Below are positions 29,221 through 37,157 of a DNA stretch of 64,000 nucleotides, in pieces; the stretch's first letter is position 1, and each line of letters begins with the position of its first letter. The stretch spans positions 4,618 to 68,617 of the forward strand of contig JBKQKO010000124.1 of assembly GCA_052147455.1 (NCBI GenBank), read 5' to 3'. Below the pieces are notes generated by a model. The model worked only from the letters and a program-made list of their open reading frames with translations. It had not been told where the DNA came from and searched no databases. A program made the position numbers and the translations under genes. The stretch comes from Desulfobaccales bacterium (lineage in GTDB: Bacteria > Desulfobacterota > Desulfobaccia > Desulfobaccales > 0-14-0-80-60-11).

Positions 29221-30086
29221 CCCCCCTCCTTAATCTTACTCAAATATTTTGCTTAAGATTTGCAGAAAGTTAACCACCTTTTGCAACTCTATGAGAGTAT
29301 ATGAGAGTATTTGCATCATTATAATGTCAAATATTTTTTGTCAAGTAATTTGTCCAGATGCAACCGGAAAAATTGAAGAGGTATTTAAAGCTACAATATT
29401 TCAATCTGAATTTTGGCTGCGGACCCAATGGCCAGGCCAGGATTTTTATTGCCCCTATTGTTGTAACCGCGATCAGGGACAATGGTTGGTTTCCTTATTT
29501 ATTTCAAAAGGTTGGGTCCAGGGGAACCAGATCCGCTTGCAACCGGCCCCCGGGACCACCACCATCCTGTGTTTACTGAGCCGGTCTTCTTACCCGTTAT
29601 TTCCAAACCAATTTATCCCGCCGCCAGCAATGCCGCGTCGGTTCAAGATCACCTGACCTTGGCAGTTGGGTGTTGCTCGTAGTTTGCAGTGCTGTTAATC
29701 TTCCGATTAAGGGTCGTTACGCTGGTCCCCCAATAGCTTCCCTCCTGTGAAAAATATCCTTTTAACATAGCAGTTCAAAACGGCTAATCTATTATTTGCT
29801 GAAGCCAATATATTAAGCTTTTTTAGTAGGATATACCTATGACCGGCTGGCGCCGGCAATTTGCCCTCCCGGTTTTGGAGCAGCCCGGGTGGGAAGGCAA
29901 CCGCATGGTGTCAGTCTCCGACGCGGGCTAACGCGGTAAGGGGGAGGCAATCTGCTCCAGATTGTCGTCCCTGTCGCTGATGATCAGTCTGCCCGAAGGC
30001 AGCCGCCAGACCAAGGCCGGGAGCCGCCGGGAAAAAATCATTGCCCGGGCTGTTTTTTTCGGCTATATTTTTCAGAAAATAGCGCC

Positions 30087-30470
30087 ATGGGAAACAAGCG
30101 AAGCCATCACGGCCGGGGCACGGCCCTGGCAGAAAGTCCCGGAGCCGACGGCTTCCAGATCAAAGGCCGCCTCTGGCTGGAAAAGGGGGGAGAGACCTAC
30201 CTGAGCTGGGGCCGGATAGTTCTCCTGGAGCGGATCCGGGAACACCACTCCATCGCCGCGGCGGCCCGTTCTCTGGACATGGCCTACAGCCACGCCTGGT
30301 CCCTGGTGGCCGCCTTGAACCGCTTGGCCGGACAGGACCTGGTGGGCCGCAGCTTCGGCGGTCGCCGGGGCGGCCGGGCCTGGCTCACTGCCGCCGGGGA
30401 GGAGGCCATCACCCGATTTTGGCTCCTGGTGGCAGACTTCCGGGATTGGCTGGCCAGCCGCCAATTTTGA
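30087..30470 (+). CDS. ModE N-terminal-type winged-helix regulator (no Mop/TOBE domain)
   Basis: GRIVLLERIREHHSIAAAARSLDMAYSHAWSLVAALN...GGRRGGRAWLTAAG matches the ModE N-domain pattern. Only 127 aa. Confidence 0.75.
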   Translation: MGNKRSHHGRGTALAESPGADGFQIKGRLWLEKGGETYLSWGRIVLLERIREHHSIAAAARSLDMAYSHAWSLVAALNRLAGQDLVGRSFGGRRGGRAWLTAAGEEAITRFWLLVADFRDWLASRQF

Positions 30471-30561
30471 GTCGCCCCGCCCTGTGCCTGACAAAAATAT
30501 CCGCAGTTAGAGGTTCGCAAAAGACCCAAGTGAAAATTTTCGGGAAAAGGAGGACCGGCGA

Positions 30562-31395
30562 ATGGGATACCATTTCTGGTTAAAGACGTGGATGGCTGGA
30601 TTGCTGCTGACCCTGCCGCTGGCGGGGGTTAAGGCCGCGGCGGAGACTATTCACCTCCGCTGTGCCTCCACCACCTCCACCGAGAACTCCGGGTTGTTCC
30701 AATACCTCCTGCCGATCTTTGAGAAAAAGACCGGCATCCACGTGGATGTGGTGGCGGTGGGGACCGGCGCCGCCATCGAGATCGGCAAGCGAGGCGACGC
30801 CGACATGCTCCTGGTACACGCCAAAGCCTCGGAATTGACCGCGGTCCAGGAAGGCTATTTCGTCAATCGGCACGATTTGATGTATAACGATTTTGTCATC
30901 ATCGGCCCCGCGGGCGATCCTTTGCAGATCAAAGGTCTGACCTCGGCGGCGGAGGCCTTCAAGAAGATCTACGCCGCCGGCGGCCCCTTCGTCTCCCGGG
31001 GAGATAAGTCGGGAACCAATGTGAAGGAACTGGCCTTGTGGAAGGCCGCCGGCCTGGACCCCAAGGGGAAGCCGTGGTACCTGGAGGTGGGCCAGGGCAT
31101 GGAAAAGACCCAGCGGGTGGCCAATGAAAAACGGGCCTACACCCTTACCGACCGGGGCACCTGGCTGGCCACCAAGGATAAGGACAGGATGGAGATGCAG
31201 ATAGTGTTAGAGGGGGATCCGTCCCTGTTCAACCAATACGGGGTGATGGTGGTGAATCCCGAAAAACATCCTCAGGTCAAATATAAAGAAGCCATGACCT
31301 TCATCAACTGGCTGATATCCCCGGAAGGCCAGCAAACCATTGCCGCTTACCGGGATGCCCATGGCAACCAGCTTTTCATCCCCAATGCCAGGTGA
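30562..31395 (+). CDS. tupA: tungstate ABC transporter substrate-binding protein
   Basis: Signal peptide, then ASTTSTENSGLFQYLLPIFEKKTGI..VGTGAAIEIGKRGDADMLLVHA, the TupA-type anion-binding pattern. Confidence 0.8.
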   Translation: MGYHFWLKTWMAGLLLTLPLAGVKAAAETIHLRCASTTSTENSGLFQYLLPIFEKKTGIHVDVVAVGTGAAIEIGKRGDADMLLVHAKASELTAVQEGYFVNRHDLMYNDFVIIGPAGDPLQIKGLTSAAEAFKKIYAAGGPFVSRGDKSGTNVKELALWKAAGLDPKGKPWYLEVGQGMEKTQRVANEKRAYTLTDRGTWLATKDKDRMEMQIVLEGDPSLFNQYGVMVVNPEKHPQVKYKEAMTFINWLISPEGQQTIAAYRDAHGNQLFIPNAR

Positions 31396-31476
31396 GTTTT
31401 GCCGGAGGAGTGGCGCCGGCGCACCTGGTCGGCCGCGGCCAGGATATCCGCAAGGTCCAGGTAGATCCGAGAGACC

Positions 31477-32181
31477 ATGAGTGACCTTCTGCCTTTCCTG
31501 GGCAGCCTCGACTTGCGGGAACTGTGGGGCATCGTCTGGCTGTCCCTCTGGGTCTCCGGCGCCGCCCTCCTGCTGGCGACGGTCATCGCCTTGCCCCTGG
31601 CCGCCCTCCTGGCCTTGCAGCGGTTTCCGGGGCGGGACGCGGTGATCAACACCCTGCAAACCTGCATGGGGCTGCCGCCGGTGGTGGTGGGGCTGTTTCT
31701 CTATCTACTCCTGTCCCGCCAGGGGCTGCTGGGTTTCCTGAGCCTGCTCTATACCCCGGCGGCCATGGTCCTGGCCCAGACCATCCTGGCCTGGCCCATC
31801 GTCGCCTCCCTGGCCCACGCCGCCATCGTCAACGTCGACCCGGTGATTCGTCAGGCGGCCGTGACCCTGGGGGCCACCCCGCGGCAGCAGGCGGTCACCA
31901 TCATCAAAGAAGCCCGCTATGGGATTATCTCCGCGATCATGGCCGGGTTCGGGCGGGCCAATGCCGAAGTGGGCGCGGTGCTCATCGTGGGCGGCAACAT
32001 CGCCGGCTACACCCGAGTCATGACCACCACCATCGCCCTGGAGACCGACAAGGGTAACTTCGAGCTGGGCATTGTCCTGGGGATCATCCTGCTGGCCCTG
32101 GCCCTGCTGGCGAACCTGGCCCTGCGCCGCCTGCAACGGCGGGGGCGGGGCGCCGGGCTGGAGATGAGTTCATGGGCCTGA
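31477..32181 (+). CDS. tupB: tungstate ABC transporter permease
   Basis: 234-aa membrane protein of the CysTW/ModB type, lying between tupA and tupC. Confidence 0.8.
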   Translation: MSDLLPFLGSLDLRELWGIVWLSLWVSGAALLLATVIALPLAALLALQRFPGRDAVINTLQTCMGLPPVVVGLFLYLLLSRQGLLGFLSLLYTPAAMVLAQTILAWPIVASLAHAAIVNVDPVIRQAAVTLGATPRQQAVTIIKEARYGIISAIMAGFGRANAEVGAVLIVGGNIAGYTRVMTTTIALETDKGNFELGIVLGIILLALALLANLALRRLQRRGRGAGLEMSSWA

Positions 32182-32825
32182 GACTGGAAGCGGTCAACCT
32201 CCGGAAAACTTACCCGGGCAACCCGGTGTTGCGGGACTGCTCCTACGCCTTTGCCGCCGGCCGCACTTACGCCTTCCTGGGTCCCAACGGCAGCGGCAAA
32301 TCCACCCTGTTCCGCATCCTGGCCCTCCTGGAGAAAGTCGACGCCGGCCAGGTAAATTATCTGGAAAATGGCGCAGCCCTTGGCCAAAACCTGGAATTAC
32401 GGCGCCGCTTCACCCTGGTGCTGCCTCGCCCCGGCATCTTTAATACCACGGTGTTCCACAACGTCGCCTATGGCCTGAAGATCAGGGGGGTTAAATCCGG
32501 GGAGCTGGAGAACCGGGTGAGGGAGGTCCTGGCCAGCGTGGACCTGGCCCACAAGGGCGGGCAGCGGGCCCTGGACCTCTCCAGCGGCGAAACCAAGCGC
32601 CTGGGACTGGCCCGGGCCATGGTCCTGGCCCCCGAGATCCTCTTCCTGGACGAGCCCACCGCCAACATCGATCCGCACAACGCGGAAATCATCGAGGACA
32701 TCATCCTGCGGATGAAGGCCGGCGGAGGGGCCACCATCCTGATGATCACCCACGACCCGGCCCAGGCGGACCGGCTGGGGGATGAACTCCTCTATCTGAA
32801 GGACGGCCGGCTGCTGGCCGGGTGA
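32172..32825 (+). CDS. tupC: tungstate ABC transporter ATP-binding protein
   Basis: GPNGSGKST Walker A, LSSGETKR signature and LFLDEPT Walker B. Overlaps tupB by 10 nt. Confidence 0.8.
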   Translation: MGLRLEAVNLRKTYPGNPVLRDCSYAFAAGRTYAFLGPNGSGKSTLFRILALLEKVDAGQVNYLENGAALGQNLELRRRFTLVLPRPGIFNTTVFHNVAYGLKIRGVKSGELENRVREVLASVDLAHKGGQRALDLSSGETKRLGLARAMVLAPEILFLDEPTANIDPHNAEIIEDIILRMKAGGGATILMITHDPAQADRLGDELLYLKDGRLLAG

Positions 32826-32897
32826 GGCCGCGGCCCGGGGAATGTTTCAGAAATACCTTTAAAAATATCTATAAGTAAGTTATTGTAGCCGCTTCTG

Positions 32898-32921
32898 GTA
32901 GCCGCAGGCTTTAGCCTGCGC
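32898..32921. repeat. 24-nt palindromic repeat (family C)
   Basis: GTAGCCGCAGGCTTTAGCCTGCGC, the exact reverse complement of 7841..7864. Confidence 0.75.
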
Positions 32922-33051
32922 TCTTTTGATTAAGGATTTTCGCAAACTAAACGTCCAGCGCCTCAGGCGCCAGGAGATCTGCTGCGGCGGAAATCTGCCA
33001 GGCGCAGGGCCCGGCAGGATAGTTACGCCTGCCTGGGCCGGCCTCTTTTCC

Positions 33052-33059
33052 CGGCACCG
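33052..33059. repeat. target-site duplication, left copy (CGGCACCG)
   Basis: An identical 8-mer at 38042..38049 abuts the other TIR. Confidence 0.8.
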
Positions 33060-33076
33060 GGTAGTGTCCTAATTTG
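33060..33076. repeat. left terminal inverted repeat GGTAGTGTCCTAATTTG
   Basis: Exact reverse complement of 38025..38041. Confidence 0.9.
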
Positions 33077-33085
33077 AATTGATTG

Positions 33086-33496
33086 CTATGATTCGAGGAA
33101 AGATTTTAAGAGATTCTTCAAGGCCGTTTCATCCTTGGTTTGACATTCCCATATCACCAGTACGCGCCACCCTTGAACTTGTAAAGCTGCTTTTTGTTCT
33201 GCATCCCGAGCCGCGTTGCGATCCAGCTTCGTCCGCCAAAAGTCAATGTTCGATTTAGGTGCGTTGGCCCTCGGGCATCCTTTATGCTGGTGCCAGAAAC
33301 AGCCGTGTACAAAAATGGCTTTCCGTCGTGAGCGGAAAACAAGATCAGGACTTCCGGGCAAATCGCGGCCGTGCAGCCTATAGCGATAGCCCATACCGTG
33401 AACCATTCTCCGCACAAACATCTCAGGCGCGGTATTCTTTCCCTGGACAGCCCGCATATTGGCGCTTCGGCGCTCGCGGGAAAGTTTGTCAGGCAT
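33086..33496 (-). CDS. vsr: very-short-patch repair endonuclease
   Basis: MPDKLSRERRSANMRAVQGKNTAPE..VRR.LH..GYRYRLH..LPG.PDLVF...AIFVHGCFWH.H is a Vsr signature. Start at ATG 33496 overlaps the HNH gene stop (ATGCCTGA). The track ORF is N-extended. Confidence 0.9.
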   Translation of the reverse strand: MPDKLSRERRSANMRAVQGKNTAPEMFVRRMVHGMGYRYRLHGRDLPGSPDLVFRSRRKAIFVHGCFWHQHKGCPRANAPKSNIDFWRTKLDRNAARDAEQKAALQVQGWRVLVIWECQTKDETALKNLLKSFLES

Positions 33497-34064
33497 CGTC
33501 ACCGAACTTCTTACTGAGCCACGCAAAGACCGCCCGCTGTTCATCCTGTCCGGCACGCCTAACCTGGGAAAGGAGCCAAATGCCGGTCGGTTTTTCAGTA
33601 GTGATGTTCTTCGCTCCCTGATTACACGTCGAACACAAAGCCCGAAGGTTGGAGAGTTCGTCCAAACCCCCGAGGCTTTTGTCCTTGATGTGGCCGATAT
33701 GGAGCCTAACCTTGCGTCCGGTTTCCGGGTCAATCTCGCCAGGGGTGAGGCCGCACATCTGGCAGGTGAAGCCGTTGCGGTCCAGAACCTCGGCGCGAAG
33801 TTTTATTGAAATGCTCCGCGTGAATACCGTGGATGATTTTTCGGGCGGCTTCTGCTGTAGGAGGTATTGGCCGGGCTTCAAAGAGGATGAATCATTGTGC
33901 GTAAGGATCGGCCACCCTTCATCCTCGCGAAGCTCTCTCACGCGTCGCGCCCATTCGCTTACGCCGGTACCGGCGGCATCGCGAATCTCAATGGAGGTAA
34001 CGATCCTCCCGATGTTGGCAAGGAGAAACTGCCGGATTTTCTCTTTGGACCCGACCTTAGTCAT
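33489..34064 (-). CDS. HNH endonuclease with N-terminal winged-helix-like domain (putative restriction enzyme)
   Basis: CQMCG...HIGHIKDKSLGG...NLRALCSTCN HNH/zinc motif. Overlaps the methyltransferase gene by 8 nt. Confidence 0.8.
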   Translation of the reverse strand: MTKVGSKEKIRQFLLANIGRIVTSIEIRDAAGTGVSEWARRVRELREDEGWPILTHNDSSSLKPGQYLLQQKPPEKSSTVFTRSISIKLRAEVLDRNGFTCQMCGLTPGEIDPETGRKVRLHIGHIKDKSLGGLDELSNLRALCSTCNQGAKNITTEKPTGIWLLSQVRRAGQDEQRAVFAWLSKKFGDDA

Positions 34065-34779
34065 TTCCGGTTCGCCTCAACGGTTCCTGCTCCATGGTCA
34101 ATAAGTGCCGGATCAACTGTTCGCCGATATAGCAGGTATAGGCGGGCGGGATGGCCTCATTGATTTCGTTCTTCGTCATCCAGTCAATGTCCATCGCCTC
34201 GCGGGCGGCAGCAATCGTACAATTACCGCCTCCGGTGACTTGAACAAAATCCGTCCATTCATTCGTCTTCCCGAAGTGAGACTTTCTCTTGTCGAAGGTA
34301 TGGACCTTGGGATGCTTTTTATGCTCAGGCCGCGTAATCGGAAAGTTTACCTCAAACAGCCGGTGCCGTAATACCCGGAGGCCGGGGAACATCGTTCCGC
34401 ACAGAACCACGGGGTTGAGCAGCGGAGCGCCCTCGACATTCTCGATAATATAAGGGAGCCCCGTTCGGACAAACATTTCGCGAACAGGCTCAATCAGGCG
34501 CGGCCAATCATCTGCGTTGCGGTTACGCTTGGCGAGGTCCGAATATGACTGACAGGGCGGCGATGCGTGAATGGCATCAAACAATGCGATGAACTTCGGA
34601 TCGAGCGTAAGAGCGTCTGCCAGAATGAACTGAAACGGATAGTTCGGCTGTGGCTTAATATCAACGCCGACAACCTCGAATCCTGCTCTGTTGTAACCGA
34701 CGCCAGCACCGCCAGCACAACAGAAAAGATCGAGTAGCCGGGGCTTCCCTGGTGCCGCTTTAATGCAATCTTTCATCAT
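34057..34779 (-). CDS. compact DNA (cytosine-5) methyltransferase
   Basis: Motif I DLFCCAGGAGVG, motif IV ASPPCQSYS, motif VI YIIENV, and C-terminal EAIPPAY (motif X-like). 240 aa. Confidence 0.9.
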   Translation of the reverse strand: MMKDCIKAAPGKPRLLDLFCCAGGAGVGYNRAGFEVVGVDIKPQPNYPFQFILADALTLDPKFIALFDAIHASPPCQSYSDLAKRNRNADDWPRLIEPVREMFVRTGLPYIIENVEGAPLLNPVVLCGTMFPGLRVLRHRLFEVNFPITRPEHKKHPKVHTFDKRKSHFGKTNEWTDFVQVTGGGNCTIAAAREAMDIDWMTKNEINEAIPPAYTCYIGEQLIRHLLTMEQEPLRRTGND

Positions 34780-34836
34780 ACGCCTCTTTTAATATTGGAT
34801 GTGGCATTTTCGGCCTGATTTAAGTAAGGGAAAACT

Positions 34837-35493
34837 TCATTTGAAAAGTAGGGATATTATAATCCCTGCGAATATTGCAAGCAATCCTGGAAGAATCAGT
34901 TTATAAGTTATGGTAGTTAGTGTGTTCACGCTTTGTGCCAGAGATCGTAAATCTTTGCCAAGGTCCGATAAACTTGTAGTCTCAAGTTCTCTTAAATAAG
35001 CTTTATCTACTTCCGGAATACGTCCTTCTTTATGATCGGGAAAGGGTCCTATCACCTTCTCAACAGCTTTCTCAAGACGATGAAATTCAATGGTGCAAAT
35101 AGGGTCTAAATAATCTACTGTAACAGCTCTGCCGCCACAATTATAAAGCCCAAGTCTTAGATGTCCCTCAAAACCAGGATCAATTTGCATACCAGCAAGA
35201 AGAATTAATCCACGCCTTGCCCAAGAACTTTTCATTCCGATATGTGCAGCTATATTGAGAGGTAATCGAAATGATTCATAAGTCATTATCAATGCGAAAT
35301 CGCCAGCGTGCAATGTTACACTATTCGCCGTGGAGAGATTAATAAGAACATAATCGCGACTGACCAAAGCTTGGCCGCCTGCTCTTGCATCATAAGAACA
35401 AGGTTGCTGTCGATTTGCGTCGTATGGTTCAATGCCAAACTCATGAGATTTAAGGGCTTCTATTATTTCCCCATCTGTAATTAACATGGCCAA
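34837..35493 (-). CDS. dCTP deaminase/dUTPase-fold protein with C-terminal transmembrane anchor
   Basis: Dcd-like blocks SYDARAG, MKSSWARRG and IDPGFEGHLRLGLYN. The C-terminal extension ends in LILPGLLAIFAGIIISLLFK. Confidence 0.8.
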   Translation of the reverse strand: MAMLITDGEIIEALKSHEFGIEPYDANRQQPCSYDARAGGQALVSRDYVLINLSTANSVTLHAGDFALIMTYESFRLPLNIAAHIGMKSSWARRGLILLAGMQIDPGFEGHLRLGLYNCGGRAVTVDYLDPICTIEFHRLEKAVEKVIGPFPDHKEGRIPEVDKAYLRELETTSLSDLGKDLRSLAQSVNTLTTITYKLILPGLLAIFAGIIISLLFK

Positions 35494-35792
35494 TTCTCCT
35501 TTTTTGAGATACCCTTATAGTCATGAACAATGGAAGCCCTGACAGCCTTCTCAGGGGAACCTACGGGAGGAATGTGCAGCACGGCATAATACCGTCTTTT
35601 GGTGCTTCCCTCTATCGGGGAGGACCAGGCATAGCATTTATCGGTCTGAGGATTCCCCTTGATGAGAAAAACAGATACCACTCCGCCCCAGACAGTTTCC
35701 TCCCCAAACATCTCCACCACGGCCACATCTTCCAGGAAGGACGCCTGGCAATGGTGCAGCCGCTCCACGGCCCGTTTCAAATCTTCTTCCAT
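35481..35792 (-). CDS. hypothetical protein (103 aa)
   Basis: Start at ATG 35792 (MEEDLKRAVERLHH...). Its 3' end overlaps the Dcd-like gene by 13 nt. No recognisable motif. Confidence 0.45.
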   Translation of the reverse strand: MEEDLKRAVERLHHCQASFLEDVAVVEMFGEETVWGGVVSVFLIKGNPQTDKCYAWSSPIEGSTKRRYYAVLHIPPVGSPEKAVRASIVHDYKGISKKENWPC

Positions 35793-35827
35793 TGGTAAAC
35801 CTACCTGCGGCGATTTTATCGGAAAGG

Positions 35828-36091
35828 TTAAACGGGAACCAGTTTCGTCCAATCCCATTTTCCTATCTGAATCAAGGTATCCATTGCCGCCGCTATCTCG
35901 GGGTCAAACTTGAAAACATCTTCCCGCGGAAATCCAACAGGTTGAATTTTAGTGTCCCCGGCCAATAAATTCTCAAAGATGGTATCGGTGGTAATATAGA
36001 CCCCCCGCCCAGCCTCTTCCCATATACGGCGAACCAGAGGCTCACCCCCAAAGGCCCTGACAATCACCATATCGCCCTGCATTTCTGCCAC
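35828..36091 (-). CDS. hypothetical protein (87 aa)
   Basis: ORF in the same orientation, 35 nt upstream of the 103-aa ORF. No recognisable motif. Confidence 0.4.
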   Translation of the reverse strand: MAEMQGDMVIVRAFGGEPLVRRIWEEAGRGVYITTDTIFENLLAGDTKIQPVGFPREDVFKFDPEIAAAMDTLIQIGKWDWTKLVPV

Positions 36092-36230
36092 CTCCGTTAT
36101 GAAGATGGTTCCATCTTAAACGGACTTTTATGCAGTTTCAGAAAAAATCGAATATTTTAGATTCCGGTATTGATTTTTATTGACAAGGTATTGGATTAGG
36201 TATAAGGTATTGTCAAATGGAGGGTATGGC

Positions 36231-36944
36231 ATGAACGAAAAAGAGTCCGCCAAGAAAATTATCCCGCCCTATGTGCCTTATAAGACGTTCATTAACTTCC
36301 TGGATAACCTGAGGCAGCAGGGGGTGCCCCAAAAGATTGACCGGAGCATATCGCCTTTTAAGTCAATGTCCGGTGCCCTTCAAGGCCAGGTGCGGTTGGC
36401 CCTGGAATACCTAAATTTGATAACCGATAGCGGAGAAACAACGGAAGGGCTAAAAAAATTGGCCAAAGCTGAGGACGGGATAGAAAGGGAACAAGCTCTA
36501 AAAGATGTCCTTCTGCCTGCTTACTCCTTCATATTCGAAAACGGGATAGACATCGAGAGTGCAACCCATCGCCAATTGGAAGAACTTTTTACTCAAGAAG
36601 GAGCGACAGGAGACACGCTGCGTAAATGCACCGCTTTTTTCCTGTCCGCGGCCAGGGGCGCCGGAATAAAACTGTCTCCCCATTTCAAAAAGGTTCGTAG
36701 CCGGCGTGCGGGTTCAGCAAAGCCAAAACGCCAATCGCAGGCCAAAGCTCCAACCGATAAACAGCCAGCGAAAGAACCGGCGTCTCCCCCAAAAGCCGCA
36801 GAGCCGACAGATGATTCCTCGATGAAGTTCATAATTGATCTAATGGGCAAATTCAATCCAGAGTGGTCCAAAGATGCTCAACAAAACTGGCTTGAAGCAA
36901 TCAATAAGCTACTGGATCGTTTTCAAAAGAAGTCGGGGGATTAA
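36231..36944 (+). CDS. hypothetical protein with globular N-domain and Lys/Pro/Ala-rich basic linker
   Basis: ATG 36231 preceded by GGAGGG. Residues 1-150 look helical/globular, followed by KKVRSRRAGSAKPKRQSQAKAPTDKQPAKEPASPPKAAEP and a short C-terminal helix. Confidence 0.55.
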   Translation: MNEKESAKKIIPPYVPYKTFINFLDNLRQQGVPQKIDRSISPFKSMSGALQGQVRLALEYLNLITDSGETTEGLKKLAKAEDGIEREQALKDVLLPAYSFIFENGIDIESATHRQLEELFTQEGATGDTLRKCTAFFLSAARGAGIKLSPHFKKVRSRRAGSAKPKRQSQAKAPTDKQPAKEPASPPKAAEPTDDSSMKFIIDLMGKFNPEWSKDAQQNWLEAINKLLDRFQKKSGD

Positions 36945-37026
36945 TCCAATGCAGGGGGTGATGAACATGAGAAGAGGCTTGGTTCCTGTCAGCGGTGAAT
37001 CGCCCTGGCAGGGACCGCAAAAGGAA

Positions 37027-37073
37027 GGCTCCATAGCCTCTGAGTCGTTGGCGCGATGCAAGGCTATGGAGCC
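37027..37073 (+). other. perfect 12-bp stem hairpin
   Basis: GGCTCCATAGCC, 23 nt of loop, then GGCTATGGAGCC. Lies in a non-coding-looking region. Confidence 0.6.
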
Positions 37074-37089
37074 GTGGCGATTCTTCTGT

Positions 37090-37157
37090 GGGGCGCGATT
37101 GGTTCCCTGGAGGTCCCTACAGCCCACCTGGGCGGGGTTCGATTCCCCGGCGCTCCA
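37090..37157 (+). ncRNA. tRNA-like / tmRNA-3'-end-like element (68 nt, no normal cloverleaf)
   Basis: 5' GGGGCGC pairs with 3' GCGCTCC, including a G3:U70 wobble, followed by A73. A canonical T-arm CGGGG-TTCGATT-CCCCG is present. Only 36 nt lie between acceptor and T-arm, with no D or anticodon arm that I could fold. Confidence 0.35.

Noticed and set aside
29221-30000. A small Flp/Tad-type pilin gene (<60 aa) upstream of the secretin.
   Set aside because: I checked candidate minus-strand starts with nearby RBS-like sequences. The peptides obtained, such as MRLPSHPGCSKTGRANCRR..., lack the hydrophobic pilin core and processing motif. This was a by-eye scan and is not exhaustive.
30026-30060. 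A strong intrinsic terminator upstream of the modE-like gene, as a stand-alone feature.
   Set aside because: The T-tract is good, but the best stem I can draw is only 5 GC pairs with a 12-nt loop (GCCCGGGC is self-complementary). I kept it only as part of a finding and not as an annotated terminator.
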